A stretch of 27,344 nucleotides of DNA, taken from Deltaproteobacteria bacterium (GTDB lineage: Bacteria > Myxococcota_A > Polyangia > Polyangiales > Houyiibacteriaceae). The position numbers and the translations under genes are program-made. The stretch covers positions 1 to 27,344 of the forward strand of contig JAXMNT010000074.1 in assembly GCA_034670305.1 (NCBI GenBank), in the 5' to 3' direction. Positions 15,940 to 25,434 of this stretch are shown piece after piece. The notes beneath the pieces are model-generated. The model did no database searches, was not told the DNA's origin, and worked only from the letters and a program-made list of their open reading frames with translations. How positions within the stretch are numbered: position 1 is the stretch's first letter; every line of letters begins with the position of its first letter.

Positions 15940-16739
15940 GCGTCCGGGTCGTTCACACCGTCCTTCGGTGCCGCCGGCTTCCGCACCATGCGCACCGCCA
16001 CCAGGCACAGCCCGCCCGCGAACAACGCCGCGACGAGCGTGCCCCACGCGGTCGGGTCGAAGGTGCGCTCGCGCAAAAACTCGAGCCCCATCCAGCCGAG
16101 GCCGTACGCACCCACCACCACCGGTGCGAGACGCGGCCGCAAGAAGCGCCACACGCCGACCGCGAGCAGCACCGCGAACGCGCACTCGTAGAGCGGCACC
16201 GGGTGGGTCGCGAGCGACCAGGTCGCGTCCTCGGCAATCCACCCCGCGTCGAGGTGCGCGGCCCACGCGGGGGATCCCCGGTCGAGCAGCGCACCGTCCT
16301 CCCACCGCGGAAACATCCCGGCGCCGCGAGACAACGCATCGGCGCCGCGCGACCCGAACCGCGCGCCGCTGAGGTACGCGCCGAGTGCTTCGCAGCCCAC
16401 CACCAGAAACGTTCCGAGCCACAGCCGCCGTGCGTCGGGTACCGGGGTGTCGCGCACCCAGAGCACCATCGCGACGCCGAGCAGCCATGCCGGCATCGAG
16501 AAGCCGGCCTCGCCGATCGGGTGGCCGGTCAACGCGGCGGCACCGACCGCGCCGCCCGCTACCCCGGCCCACGTCGCGTGCAAGTACGTCCGCTTCGCCC
16601 GCGCGCTGAGACCAGTCTTGGTTCCGACCCCCGAGACCGCGTACCAGCCCAGCAGCACGCCGACCGCGACGCACACCCCGTACGAGTGCAGCACGAAGCT
16701 TCCGAACGGGAGCGTGATCTCATGGACGACCGGAAACAC
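15918..16739 (-). CDS. Prolipoprotein diacylglyceryl transferase (Lgt)-like membrane protein, divergent
   Basis: MFP..HSYG N-terminus, GSPAW..H, HPVPLYE, EFLR and several hydrophobic segments. The canonical GR.G and RF..E motifs are altered. Confidence 0.7.
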   Translation of the reverse strand: MFPVVHEITLPFGSFVLHSYGVCVAVGVLLGWYAVSGVGTKTGLSARAKRTYLHATWAGVAGGAVGAAALTGHPIGEAGFSMPAWLLGVAMVLWVRDTPVPDARRLWLGTFLVVGCEALGAYLSGARFGSRGADALSRGAGMFPRWEDGALLDRGSPAWAAHLDAGWIAEDATWSLATHPVPLYECAFAVLLAVGVWRFLRPRLAPVVVGAYGLGWMGLEFLRERTFDPTAWGTLVAALFAGGLCLVAVRMVRKPAAPKDGVNDPDAQAETRA

Positions 16740-16740
16740 G

Positions 16741-17031
16741 TCAGCCGGCCGCTTCCACGAACAGCGCCCGCACCGCGGCTTCGTCGACCTCGGCCAAGAG
16801 CCACTTGTCCTTCGCCCGCGCGCCGCGAATCAACGTCAACTTCTGGCCTGCGACACCGAGCTTCTTCGCCAGCCACTTGATCAACGTCGCGTTGGCTTTC
16901 CCGTCGACCGGCGGCGCGGTCAGCGCGATCTTCAGCGCCCCGTCGTGCACCCCCATCAGCGTCGTACGCGACGCCCGAGGCGCGACCCGCACCGCGAACT
17001 CGACCCCAGCTGGCACCACGCGGATCTTCAC
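16741..17031 (-). CDS. yggU: DUF167/YggU family protein
   Basis: VRVAPRASR..LKIALTAPPVDGKAN..L..G...R.K pattern. TAGTCT lies 7 nt upstream of the GTG. Confidence 0.9.
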   Translation of the reverse strand: MKIRVVPAGVEFAVRVAPRASRTTLMGVHDGALKIALTAPPVDGKANATLIKWLAKKLGVAGQKLTLIRGARAKDKWLLAEVDEAAVRALFVEAAG

Positions 17032-17060
17032 CGCGGCGAGACTACCTCAGCGCAGGGTGC

Positions 17061-17114
17061 CCGGTCGCGGTGCGGCAGACGAGGGCTGGATCGGCATGTC
17101 TCCACCGCAACCGG
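17061..17114 (-). terminator. Hairpin after the hypothetical gene
   Basis: CCGGTCGCGGTG (17061-17072) and CACCGCAACCGG (17103-17114). The single mismatch becomes a G-U pair in minus-strand RNA. Confidence 0.35.
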
Positions 17115-17130
17115 AGCCGGGCGGCTGGCG

Positions 17131-17925
17131 CTACTCGGGCCCGGGTCGGCCGCCCGAGGATCGCCGCAGCGCGGCGCGGGCGTTCGCGAGCCAGGCGCCG
17201 CTCTGAGACTTCGGCCACGCCGACCGAGCCTCGAGTACCGCGGCCCGTGCACACCGCACCACACGCGATGGGGACTGCTGGCAACATGCGAGGGCGATCT
17301 CCAGCGCGGCCGCCTGATCGGCCAGAAACGATCGCACGAGCACGTCGAGCACTGGTCCGCACCCACTGCCCAGCAACTCTGGTTCGAGCTGGGCTGCCGC
17401 GACCGGGTCCCACAGGTTGGCCGCGTTCTTCGAGGTAGGGCTCATGAGCAGCTGGCGCAGATCGAATGCGCGGCGGACCCGCTCTCGGAATCGACTCTGG
17501 ATGGGAAGGGCATTCGCCATGGGGGCGGCCCGATCGAAGAGTGGCCGCGGGTCCAACGTCCAGATGCCATTCTCTGCCAACCAGAGCCGATGCGGCGCGG
17601 GGACCTCGACCCAGTAGGCCTCCTGACGAAAGGGCACGGCCGCCAGGATCACCTCCATCCAGTAGAAGACGAGGGGATCGAAGAGCGGGCCGGCCACATT
17701 CCACAGAAGGGCCGCTTCGAACGGGTCGTCCGCCTGGGCGAGCGGAATCAACGTGTCCAAGCAAGTGGCGTTGTCTCCGTTCCAGCTCGCGCCCCGACAA
17801 GCGAGCGCGCATCGTTGGATCTCACTCGCACTCTGCAACCGACCGGCGCGCAGTCCGTAGAGATCCTCGATCGCGTCTGCGACCCCTATGGCCTTCTTCG
17901 CCACGGAGAACTCTACGACGCGCAT
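17131..17925 (-). CDS. Hypothetical protein
   Basis: The only ORF in this gap with protein-like composition (hydrophobic/aromatic residues, helical pattern). No family recognised; start uncertain (17925 or 17991). Confidence 0.45.
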   Translation of the reverse strand: MRVVEFSVAKKAIGVADAIEDLYGLRAGRLQSASEIQRCALACRGASWNGDNATCLDTLIPLAQADDPFEAALLWNVAGPLFDPLVFYWMEVILAAVPFRQEAYWVEVPAPHRLWLAENGIWTLDPRPLFDRAAPMANALPIQSRFRERVRRAFDLRQLLMSPTSKNAANLWDPVAAAQLEPELLGSGCGPVLDVLVRSFLADQAAALEIALACCQQSPSRVVRCARAAVLEARSAWPKSQSGAWLANARAALRRSSGGRPGPE

Positions 17926-18008
17926 GCACTGCCTGCGACCCATCGAGTCATCGGACGCGCGCGTCGGTCGGCCGGCGCTTTTCGGAAACACCTCTATACT
18001 CGCGCGCG

Positions 18009-20684
18009 ATGACCCACATACGACGGTGCTCTTGGGGGGCTCTCGTCCTGCTTTGTTCTGGCGTGTTTCTGTCGCCGGTAGCGGCGCAAGACAGCGAAGG
18101 CGAAGCCGCGCCGCCGGCGCTGGTGCCGCCCCGGCTCATCGACTTCGTGGAAGCGGACTACCCGGCCGCCGCCGAAGAAGCGGGGCTCGAGGCGTCGGTC
18201 GAACTCGAGCTCACCATCGGCATCGATGGCCGGGTCACCGATGCACGCGTCGTCGCGCCCGCCGGCAACGGCTTCGACGAAGCGGCGCTCGCCGCAGCCC
18301 AGCGGTTCGGCTTCGCACCCGCCACCCGCGGCGGCACGGCGATCGCCTCTCGGATCCGCTACCGCTACGTGTTCGAGCTGCGCGTCGAGACGCCGCCGCC
18401 CGACCTCGAGACGCCACCCGACGTGGACCCCGTCCCCGAACCGCCCCGCCCTGGGCGGCTCGAAGGCCGGGTGCTCACCCAGGAAGACGACCAGCCGATC
18501 GACGAAGCGGAGATCGTGATCACCGCGCCCGACGACGCGTCCTTCGCGCGCCGCGCCGTCACCGGCGCCGATGGCCGCTTCGTGTTCGCCGACTTGCCGG
18601 CCGGCGACTTCTCGGTCCGCGTGCTCGCGGACCAGTACGGTGACCGCACCCAGCTCGAAGAAGTGCGCCCGGGCGAAGTCACCGACGTGATCTACCGGCT
18701 CTCCTCCACCGAAGACGAAGAAGACGACACGCAGGCGTTCGGCGCGACCGCGACGATCGATCCGCCGCCGCGCGAAGTCACCCGCCGCACCATTCAACGC
18801 GAAGAGCTGACCCGCATTCCCGGCACCCGCGGCGACGCGCTGCGTGCGGTCGAGCTCTTGCCCGGTGTCGCGCGCCCGCCGTTCGGCAGCGGTCAGATCA
18901 TCGTTCGAGGATCGGCGCCCGGCGACAGTCAGGTGTTCCTCGAAGGCATCCCGGTGCCGCTGCTCTACCACTTCGGCGGCCTGACGAGTTTCTTCAACTC
19001 GCGCCTGCTCGAACGCATCGACTTCTTCCCCGGCAACTTCTCGGTCCGCTACGGCCGCAAGATGGGCGGCATCCTCGAGGTCTCCACCCGCGACCCGCTC
19101 GGCATCTACCAAGACCGAGGCGTGCACGGCGTCGCCGAGTTCGGCGTCATCGACGCGTCGCTGCTCGCGGAGTTCCCGCTCGGACCGAACGCGGCCGGCG
19201 CCGCCGCGGTGCGCCGCAGCACGATCGACTTCGTCTTCAACAACCTGCCCGACGACACGTTCACCGTGCAGACCGCGCCGGTCTACTACGACTACCAGGG
19301 CCTCGTGACCTGGCGCCCGAGCCCGCGCGACCGGGTCCGCTTCATGATGTACGGCTCGAGCGACCGCTTCGACCTCATCCTGCCCGAGTCACTCGGCGAC
19401 GATCCCGAAGTCGTCGGCGGCGTCGACCTCACCACCCGCTTTCACTTCGGGCAGCTCGGGTGGGACCGGCAGATCAACGACAAGACCGAGCTCGACGTCG
19501 ACTTCATGATCGGCACCACCGTGCTCGACTTCTCGCTCGGCCAGACCATCGCGTTCAACGCGCGGTTCAACCAGATCATCGGCCGCGCGGAAGTGCGCCA
19601 CCGCGCCTCGTCCCGAGTGAGGCTCATCGCGGGCGTGGATCTCTTCGTCTCTCCGCTCCGTCTCTCCTACACTGGCCCGCAGCCCGAGCAGCAAGAGGGC
19701 AACCCCGGCGGCGACCCGCTCACTGGCTCCGGCGACGAAGTGACGGGCTTCACGATCAACGCCACCGCCTCGCGCCCCGCGTTCTACCTCGAGAGCGACA
19801 TGCAGCTGCACGAGCGGCTGCAGGTCGTGATGGGTCTGCGGCTCGACCACGCGAAGGAGATCGGCTCGTTCGCCTTCAACCCACGCATGTCGACGGTCCT
19901 GACGCTCTTCGAGGGCTTCCGCCTCAAGGCCGGCTTCGGCATCTTCAGTCAGCCGCCCGAGTTCAACGAATCGTCGCCCGACATCGGCAACCCGGATCTC
20001 GATTGGATCCACTCGACCCACACCGGCTTCGGCTTCGACTACCAGATCGCCGAAGGCATCCGAGTCGGCATCGAAGGGTTCTACAAACACCTCTGGGATC
20101 GCGTGGTCGGCACCGAGCAGCAGACCCCGCCCTTCTTCGAAAACGGCGGCATCGGCCGCATCTACGGCATGGAGGTCTCGGCCAAGATCGCGCCCGTCCG
20201 TGGCCGCCGTTTCTTCGGCTACCTGAGCTACACACTCAGCCGCAGCGAACGGCTCGACCGGCCGGACGATCCCACCGCGGAGTGGCGCCTCTTCGACTTC
20301 GACCAGACCCACATCTTCACCCTGGCCGCCGTCGTGAAGCTCCCGCGGCGTTGGGAGATCGGCGCGACGCTGCGGCTGGTGAGCGGCAACCCTCGGACCC
20401 CGTTCGTCAACAGCGCCAACGACGTGGAGAACGGCGTGTACTACGGCATTCCCGGCGACGTGAACTCGCAGCGCAACCCGCTCTTCAACCGGCTCGACTT
20501 CCGGATCTCGAAGGCGTGGCAGTTCGAGACCTGGAAGCTTGCGCTCTTCCTCGACATCCAGAACGTCTACAACCAGACCAACCAAGAGGGCCTCATCTAC
20601 CCCTACGACTACAACGAAGCGAACGCGGTGCCGATCAACGGCCTGCCCTTCATTCCGGCGCTCGGCATTCGAGGTGAGCTGTGA
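18009..20684 (+). CDS. TonB-dependent receptor with N-terminal TonB-C domain and carboxypeptidase-regulatory-like domain
   Basis: Signal peptide; PPRL..F..ADYP..GFDEAAL..F.FAPA TonB-C segment; plug IPGT.GD.LRAV..LPGV..YHFGG; barrel ending GLPFIPALGIRGEL. TATACT lies 8 nt upstream of the ATG. Confidence 0.9.
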   Translation: MTHIRRCSWGALVLLCSGVFLSPVAAQDSEGEAAPPALVPPRLIDFVEADYPAAAEEAGLEASVELELTIGIDGRVTDARVVAPAGNGFDEAALAAAQRFGFAPATRGGTAIASRIRYRYVFELRVETPPPDLETPPDVDPVPEPPRPGRLEGRVLTQEDDQPIDEAEIVITAPDDASFARRAVTGADGRFVFADLPAGDFSVRVLADQYGDRTQLEEVRPGEVTDVIYRLSSTEDEEDDTQAFGATATIDPPPREVTRRTIQREELTRIPGTRGDALRAVELLPGVARPPFGSGQIIVRGSAPGDSQVFLEGIPVPLLYHFGGLTSFFNSRLLERIDFFPGNFSVRYGRKMGGILEVSTRDPLGIYQDRGVHGVAEFGVIDASLLAEFPLGPNAAGAAAVRRSTIDFVFNNLPDDTFTVQTAPVYYDYQGLVTWRPSPRDRVRFMMYGSSDRFDLILPESLGDDPEVVGGVDLTTRFHFGQLGWDRQINDKTELDVDFMIGTTVLDFSLGQTIAFNARFNQIIGRAEVRHRASSRVRLIAGVDLFVSPLRLSYTGPQPEQQEGNPGGDPLTGSGDEVTGFTINATASRPAFYLESDMQLHERLQVVMGLRLDHAKEIGSFAFNPRMSTVLTLFEGFRLKAGFGIFSQPPEFNESSPDIGNPDLDWIHSTHTGFGFDYQIAEGIRVGIEGFYKHLWDRVVGTEQQTPPFFENGGIGRIYGMEVSAKIAPVRGRRFFGYLSYTLSRSERLDRPDDPTAEWRLFDFDQTHIFTLAAVVKLPRRWEIGATLRLVSGNPRTPFVNSANDVENGVYYGIPGDVNSQRNPLFNRLDFRISKAWQFETWKLALFLDIQNVYNQTNQEGLIYPYDYNEANAVPINGLPFIPALGIRGEL

Positions 20685-21622
20685 GGTCGATGGTCTGTGG
20701 CGTGCTCGCGCTTCTGGTGTTCGGCTGCGGCGACTCGCCCGATCCCTCGTGGCTCGTCACGAAGGAGCGGCTCATCGCGATCACCGCGAGCGTGGTCGGG
20801 GACCCAGCGCGTGCCACACCACGCCCAGGCGAGACGGTGGAGTTCACCCTCGAGTTCGTCGACGCGGATGCGGACGCGCCCTCCACCTGGGCGTTCATCA
20901 TCTGCGAAGCCGAGACGACCTCTGGCGTGCCCTTCTGCCGGGAAGACTCCGCGATCGAGATCACCGACCTCGAACTCGACCCCGCGATGGGCAGCCGGCC
21001 GATGTCGGTGGAGATCCCCGCCGACTTCGAGGGCGACCGAGTGCTCGTGACCGGCGCGGTGTGCATGGGCGGCCGCCTCGACATCACCGGCATCGATCTG
21101 AGTTCGGGCACCGCGCCCACCCGCGAAGAGCTGTGCATCGAAGACGACGCGGAGGGACAACTCGCGTTCTTCTCGCATCCGATCGAACAGTCCGATCGAA
21201 GCCGAAGCCTCTCGCCCGTGTTCTCGCAGATCCGGTTCGGCGGCGAGCCGTGGCTCGAGACCGACCTCACCGCCGGGTGCACCGAAGGGCTGCCCACCGT
21301 GGCCATCGACGACATGGAATCCGTCATCGAACTCGAACTCACCGAGGGCAGCCGCGAGTCGTACCCGGCGCTCGACGCCGACGGAATGGAGATCACCGCG
21401 ATGGAGGAGATCCGCCTCGCGATCTTCGCCACCGACGGCGGACTGCAGCGGCAGTTCAGCACGTTCAGCGACACCAACCCCATCGTGGAAGTCGACTGGG
21501 AGCCGCCGCTCTCGGACGACGACCCGCCCTTCGAAGGCGACGTGGTCCGGTTCTGGTTCGTGCTCCGCGACCTGCGCGGCGGCTACGCGACCACGGCACG
21601 CGCCCTCTGTGTGAACCCTTGA
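20681..21622 (+). CDS. Lipoprotein partner of the TonB-dependent receptor
   Basis: Lipobox LLVFG-C; DP.WLV..RLIA and FWFVLRD.RGG motifs. GTGA overlap with the receptor stop. Confidence 0.8.
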   Translation: MRSMVCGVLALLVFGCGDSPDPSWLVTKERLIAITASVVGDPARATPRPGETVEFTLEFVDADADAPSTWAFIICEAETTSGVPFCREDSAIEITDLELDPAMGSRPMSVEIPADFEGDRVLVTGAVCMGGRLDITGIDLSSGTAPTREELCIEDDAEGQLAFFSHPIEQSDRSRSLSPVFSQIRFGGEPWLETDLTAGCTEGLPTVAIDDMESVIELELTEGSRESYPALDADGMEITAMEEIRLAIFATDGGLQRQFSTFSDTNPIVEVDWEPPLSDDDPPFEGDVVRFWFVLRDLRGGYATTARALCVNP

Positions 21623-22530
21623 AGCAGGCCGTTCTGATGGTGGGTGCGCTTCTCCTGTGCAGCACCGCCGCGCGCGCCGAACCGACCACCATCGAAGGGG
21701 TGCAGGAGCTCGCCGAGCTCGAGGAGATCCCGGCCGACGAAGAGGACGAGCCCGCCGGTCTGACCTGGCCGACCGACTGGCACCGCTGGGGCCCGTGGGA
21801 CTACGGCGCGCTCGGGCTGAGCATGGCCGGCACCGTGAGCGCGAGCTTGATCTCGCCCCGCTCGGATCACTGGACCGCGACCAACCGCGTCGACGAGTCG
21901 GTCCGGAGCGGGCTTCGGCTCGAGAGCTTGCAGCAGCGTCAGGGGGTGCGCGACGCGAGCGACCTGACCCTCTCGCTCATGGTCGCGTGGCCGTTCTTGG
22001 TCGACGGCCTCTTCGTCGCGCTCTGGTACCACGACTCCCCGGACGTGGCGCGGGAGCTCGCGCTGATGGCGGTGGAGATCCAGTTCATCACCGGCGCGCT
22101 GCAATCGGTGACCAACATGATCGCGAGCCGCCAGCGCCCGTTCGTTCCCTCGTGCGGCACCGACCTGCCGGACGACGACGCGGACTGCACCGGCAGAATC
22201 CGCTACCGCTCGTTCTTCAGCGGCCACACCTCGCAAGCGTTCGCGGCGGCCGCGACGGTATGCACCACCCACGCACGGCTCCCGCTCTACGGCGGCGGCG
22301 CCAAAGAAGCCGCGCCGTGTGTGGTCGGGGTCGCGATCGCCGCACTCACCGCGGCGTTTCGAGTGATGGCGGATCTCCACTGGTTCACCGACGTGGTCAC
22401 GGGCGCGGTGGTGGGCACCGCGGTGGGCACCATCATTCCTCTCTTGCGCATGCGGCCGAACCGGCGCGCGCGAACGTTCGCCGTCGTGCCGTACGGCATG
22501 GGACTGGCGCTGACCGGAAGCCTGCGATGA
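21619..22530 (+). CDS. PAP2-superfamily phosphatase (exported/membrane)
   Basis: Motifs SRQRP, SFFSGHTS, FRVMADLHWFTDV. TTG start overlaps the upstream TGA; alternative ATG at 21637. Confidence 0.88.
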   Translation: MKQAVLMVGALLLCSTAARAEPTTIEGVQELAELEEIPADEEDEPAGLTWPTDWHRWGPWDYGALGLSMAGTVSASLISPRSDHWTATNRVDESVRSGLRLESLQQRQGVRDASDLTLSLMVAWPFLVDGLFVALWYHDSPDVARELALMAVEIQFITGALQSVTNMIASRQRPFVPSCGTDLPDDDADCTGRIRYRSFFSGHTSQAFAAAATVCTTHARLPLYGGGAKEAAPCVVGVAIAALTAAFRVMADLHWFTDVVTGAVVGTAVGTIIPLLRMRPNRRARTFAVVPYGMGLALTGSLR

Positions 22531-23777
22531 GCCGTCGCGTGGGTTGGTTCGCGGCGTGGGTGGCGGTGTGGTGGGTGGTGTGCGCACCGCATGCGGTTGC
22601 GCAGCAAGCGGGAGCGGAAGCGGACGCGGACGCGGGAGCGGGAGCGGATGCGGACGCGGGAGCGGACGCGGAAGCGGAAGCGGACGCGGATACGGACGCG
22701 GAAGCGGAAGCGGAAGCCGATGCCGACTCCGATGCCGAAGCCGATGCCGAGGCCGAGGCCGATGCCGATGCCGAGGCCGATGCCGATGCCGACGCCGATG
22801 CCGATGCCGAGGCCGATGCCGATGCCGACTCCGAAGCCGATGCCGATGCCGATGCCGATGCCGATGCCGATGCCGATGCCGATGCCGAGACCGAAGCCGA
22901 CTCGGTTTCAGAAGCAGGGGCAAGGGCAGGGGCAAGGGCAGGGGCAAGGGGCGGTGGCGATGTTGCGGATCCGGAGACCGTGTCCAACCGTCGGGCACGT
23001 CGGCGGGCGGCGCAGCGGGATTGGAGCTGGGCGGATGGGCCCGAGCGCGGCTTCTTTGCGGCGACGATCGACCTCGGGTTTCTCTACATCCGTCCCCGGC
23101 TCAGCGCGGGATGGGGACTGCCGCACACGCGGTGGATCGGGTTCGACGCCAACCCGATCGTGGCACCGAGCGCGGCCGGGTTCTACGCGGGGGCGCGCAT
23201 CGCCCATCCGATCGTGAACCTGCGCGCGGGCGCGCGCTATGGCGTCGCCTACAACCGCAGCTACTTCGACCCGATCCCGAACGACCAGAGCTTCACCACC
23301 CGCGAGTGGGCGCGACGCGACGACACCACCGCGAGCTACCTCTCGCTCGAGACCGAGCTCACCCTGAACATTCCCGCGGGCCCCGGTCGCATCCTCTCGG
23401 AGACCTCGCTGACCTACGTCAGCCGGGTCCCCGAAGACAAGTTCGTCCTCGAAGAGACCCTTCACATCATCGTCGATCCGCCCTGGGTGTGGCGGACCCG
23501 CTTCGGCTACGAAGCCCGCTTCGCCGACGGCGACGTGCGCATCGCGGCGGTGGGCGAGTTCCTCCACGTGCCCAAGCGCGACATGCTCGTCTTCCGCGCC
23601 GGCCTGCTCATCCGCCTCAACGTCACCGCCCAGCTGCAACTGCGCGCCAGCTACGTGGCGCCGATCGAACGGCGCGACCGCCTCGGCTTTCGCGGCGGAG
23701 ACTTCGGCCTCATCGGCCTTCGCTACCGATGGGCCACCGGCGCCAACCCACCGAGCGCCGAAGCGCAGGGCCGGTAA
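22527..23777 (+). CDS. Exported protein with an acidic (Ala-Asp/Glu)n linker and a probable outer-membrane beta-barrel domain
   Basis: ATGA coupling and a signal peptide, then about 115 low-complexity residues, then alternating beta-strand patterns ending IGLRYRWATG. Confidence 0.7.
   Translation: MSRRVGWFAAWVAVWWVVCAPHAVAQQAGAEADADAGAGADADAGADAEAEADADTDAEAEAEADADSDAEADAEAEADADAEADADADADADAEADADADSEADADADADADADADADAETEADSVSEAGARAGARAGARGGGDVADPETVSNRRARRRAAQRDWSWADGPERGFFAATIDLGFLYIRPRLSAGWGLPHTRWIGFDANPIVAPSAAGFYAGARIAHPIVNLRAGARYGVAYNRSYFDPIPNDQSFTTREWARRDDTTASYLSLETELTLNIPAGPGRILSETSLTYVSRVPEDKFVLEETLHIIVDPPWVWRTRFGYEARFADGDVRIAAVGEFLHVPKRDMLVFRAGLLIRLNVTAQLQLRASYVAPIERRDRLGFRGGDFGLIGLRYRWATGANPPSAEAQGR
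22608..22952. repeat. In-frame hexamer array (GCGGAN, GCCGAN, then GGGCAA/GGGCAG)
   Basis: Tandem hexamers inside the CDS 22527-23777. Confidence 0.9.
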
Positions 23778-24070
23778 GCCGAGCCGAAGCCGAAGCCAAA
23801 GCCGAAGCCAAAGCCGAACCAGAAGCCGAACCAGAAGCCGACGCCGACGCAGAAGCAGAAGCAGAAGCAGAAGCAGAAGCAGAAGCCGACGCAGAACCCG
23901 AACCCGAAGCCGACCCGGGAGCGGCCACGGAAAGCGGACGCGGAAGCGGAAGCGGAAGCGGTAGCGGACTCGGAAGCGGACTCGGAAGCGGAATCGGGAG
24001 CGGAAGCGGAAGCGGTAGCGGAAGCGGTAGCGGAAGCGGACTCGGAACCGGAAGCGGAGGCGGAAGCGGC
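23778..24070. repeat. Compound hexamer microsatellite (GCCGAA, GCAGAA, GCGGAA/GCGGTA)
   Basis: Begins immediately after the TAA at 23777. Confidence 0.93.
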
Positions 24071-24134
24071 CCCGGAGCCAGCGGGTGCGGCTTCCGGCCC
24101 GGCGCACCGTGGCGGGGGTGCTACAACCACCGTC

Positions 24135-25259
24135 ATGACGGGTACCAAGAACATTCGTTCGGCGATCTGTTTGGCCGGTGGTGGCGTCACCGGCGCGATG
24201 TACGAGGTGGGCGTGCTCGCCGCGCTCGAGGACTACTTCGAAGACTTCGCCGCAAGCGACTTCGACCTCTTCATCGGATCCTCCTCCGGCGCGTGCGTGG
24301 CCACGGGTCTCGCGGGCGGCATTCCGGCGCTGCGCATGTACCGGGCGCTGCTCGATCCAGCGGACGACTTCTTCCCCTTTCAGCGCCAGCACCTGATGAA
24401 GCTCGACCTGCGCGAGCTGACCCGAGTGTTCTCGTCGGCGAGCAAGGCGTTCCGCCGCATCGTCGGGCAGGTGGCGATCAAACCCCTCCGCACCGACGTG
24501 TGGAACGAAATCGATCGGCTCTGGGATTCGCTCCCGGCCGGCGTGTTCACCACCGACGCGTTCGAACAGTTCTTCTTCGACTTCATGACCCGCCGCGGCG
24601 TGCCGAAGTCGTTCGCCGACATGCCACGCGATCTGCTCCTCATCGCGAACGACCTCGACGGCGGCGAGCGCGTGGTCTTTGGGCGCGATGTCGACGAGAA
24701 CTCCGCCAGCGTCGTGAACGTACCGGTGGCCAAAGCGGTCGCCGCATCGGTCGCGACGCCGATGTTGTTCGCGCCGGTCCGCATCGGCGGCCGGGATCTG
24801 ATCGCGGGTGGTCCGGGCGAGGTCGGCCACGTGGACCTCGCGGTCGAGAACGGTTGCGAGGTGGTGCTGGTCATCAACGCAATGGTGCCGGTGCGCACGA
24901 ACCCGACCGAGCGCGCGGTGCCGACCGGCCACGGACCCATGCCGCGCGTGCGGGACAAGGGGTTGCTCTGGGTCTACAGCCAGAGCTGGCGGCTGATGAC
25001 CGAAGCGCGGCTCCAGAAGGGGCTCGCCGGCTACCGCGCCGAACACCCCGACGTGACGGTGCACCTGCTCGAGCCGGAGCGGGACAACGCGACGATGTTC
25101 ATGCACAGCCCGATGAACTTCGCGGCGCGGCGCGTGATCCTGGAGGACGGCTACCGTTCGACCACGGCCATGCTGCGCGCGGACGAGTCGCCGCTCCGAG
25201 ACTCGATCGAACGACTCGGCTTCGTGGCGAAGCGCCCGAGCATGCTGCCGGGCGCCTGA
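24135..25259 (+). CDS. Patatin-like phospholipase/esterase
   Basis: LAGGGVTG oxyanion motif, GSSSG nucleophile elbow, AVAAS..P.LF.PV. The expected DGG position reads AGG. Confidence 0.88.
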   Translation: MTGTKNIRSAICLAGGGVTGAMYEVGVLAALEDYFEDFAASDFDLFIGSSSGACVATGLAGGIPALRMYRALLDPADDFFPFQRQHLMKLDLRELTRVFSSASKAFRRIVGQVAIKPLRTDVWNEIDRLWDSLPAGVFTTDAFEQFFFDFMTRRGVPKSFADMPRDLLLIANDLDGGERVVFGRDVDENSASVVNVPVAKAVAASVATPMLFAPVRIGGRDLIAGGPGEVGHVDLAVENGCEVVLVINAMVPVRTNPTERAVPTGHGPMPRVRDKGLLWVYSQSWRLMTEARLQKGLAGYRAEHPDVTVHLLEPERDNATMFMHSPMNFAARRVILEDGYRSTTAMLRADESPLRDSIERLGFVAKRPSMLPGA

Positions 25260-25264
25260 GCCCC

Positions 25265-25434
25265 GTTTCCGCTTCCGCGACCGCGACCGCTTCCGCTTCC
25301 GCTTCCGCGACCGCTTCCGCTTCCGCTTCCGCGACCGCTTCCGCTTCCGCTTCCGCTTCCGCTTCCGCTTCCGCTTCCGCTTCCGCTGCCGCGACCGCTT
25401 CCGGTTCCGCTTCCGCTTCCGCGACCGCTTCCGC
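25265..25434. repeat. Hexamer microsatellite (GCTTCC/GCGACC)n between convergent genes
   Basis: Fills nearly the whole gap between the patatin and serC stop codons. Confidence 0.95.

Noticed and set aside
919-25434. CRISPR array interpretation of the repeats
   Set aside because: The units are 6-bp tandem repeats without unique spacers, and no cas genes are present.
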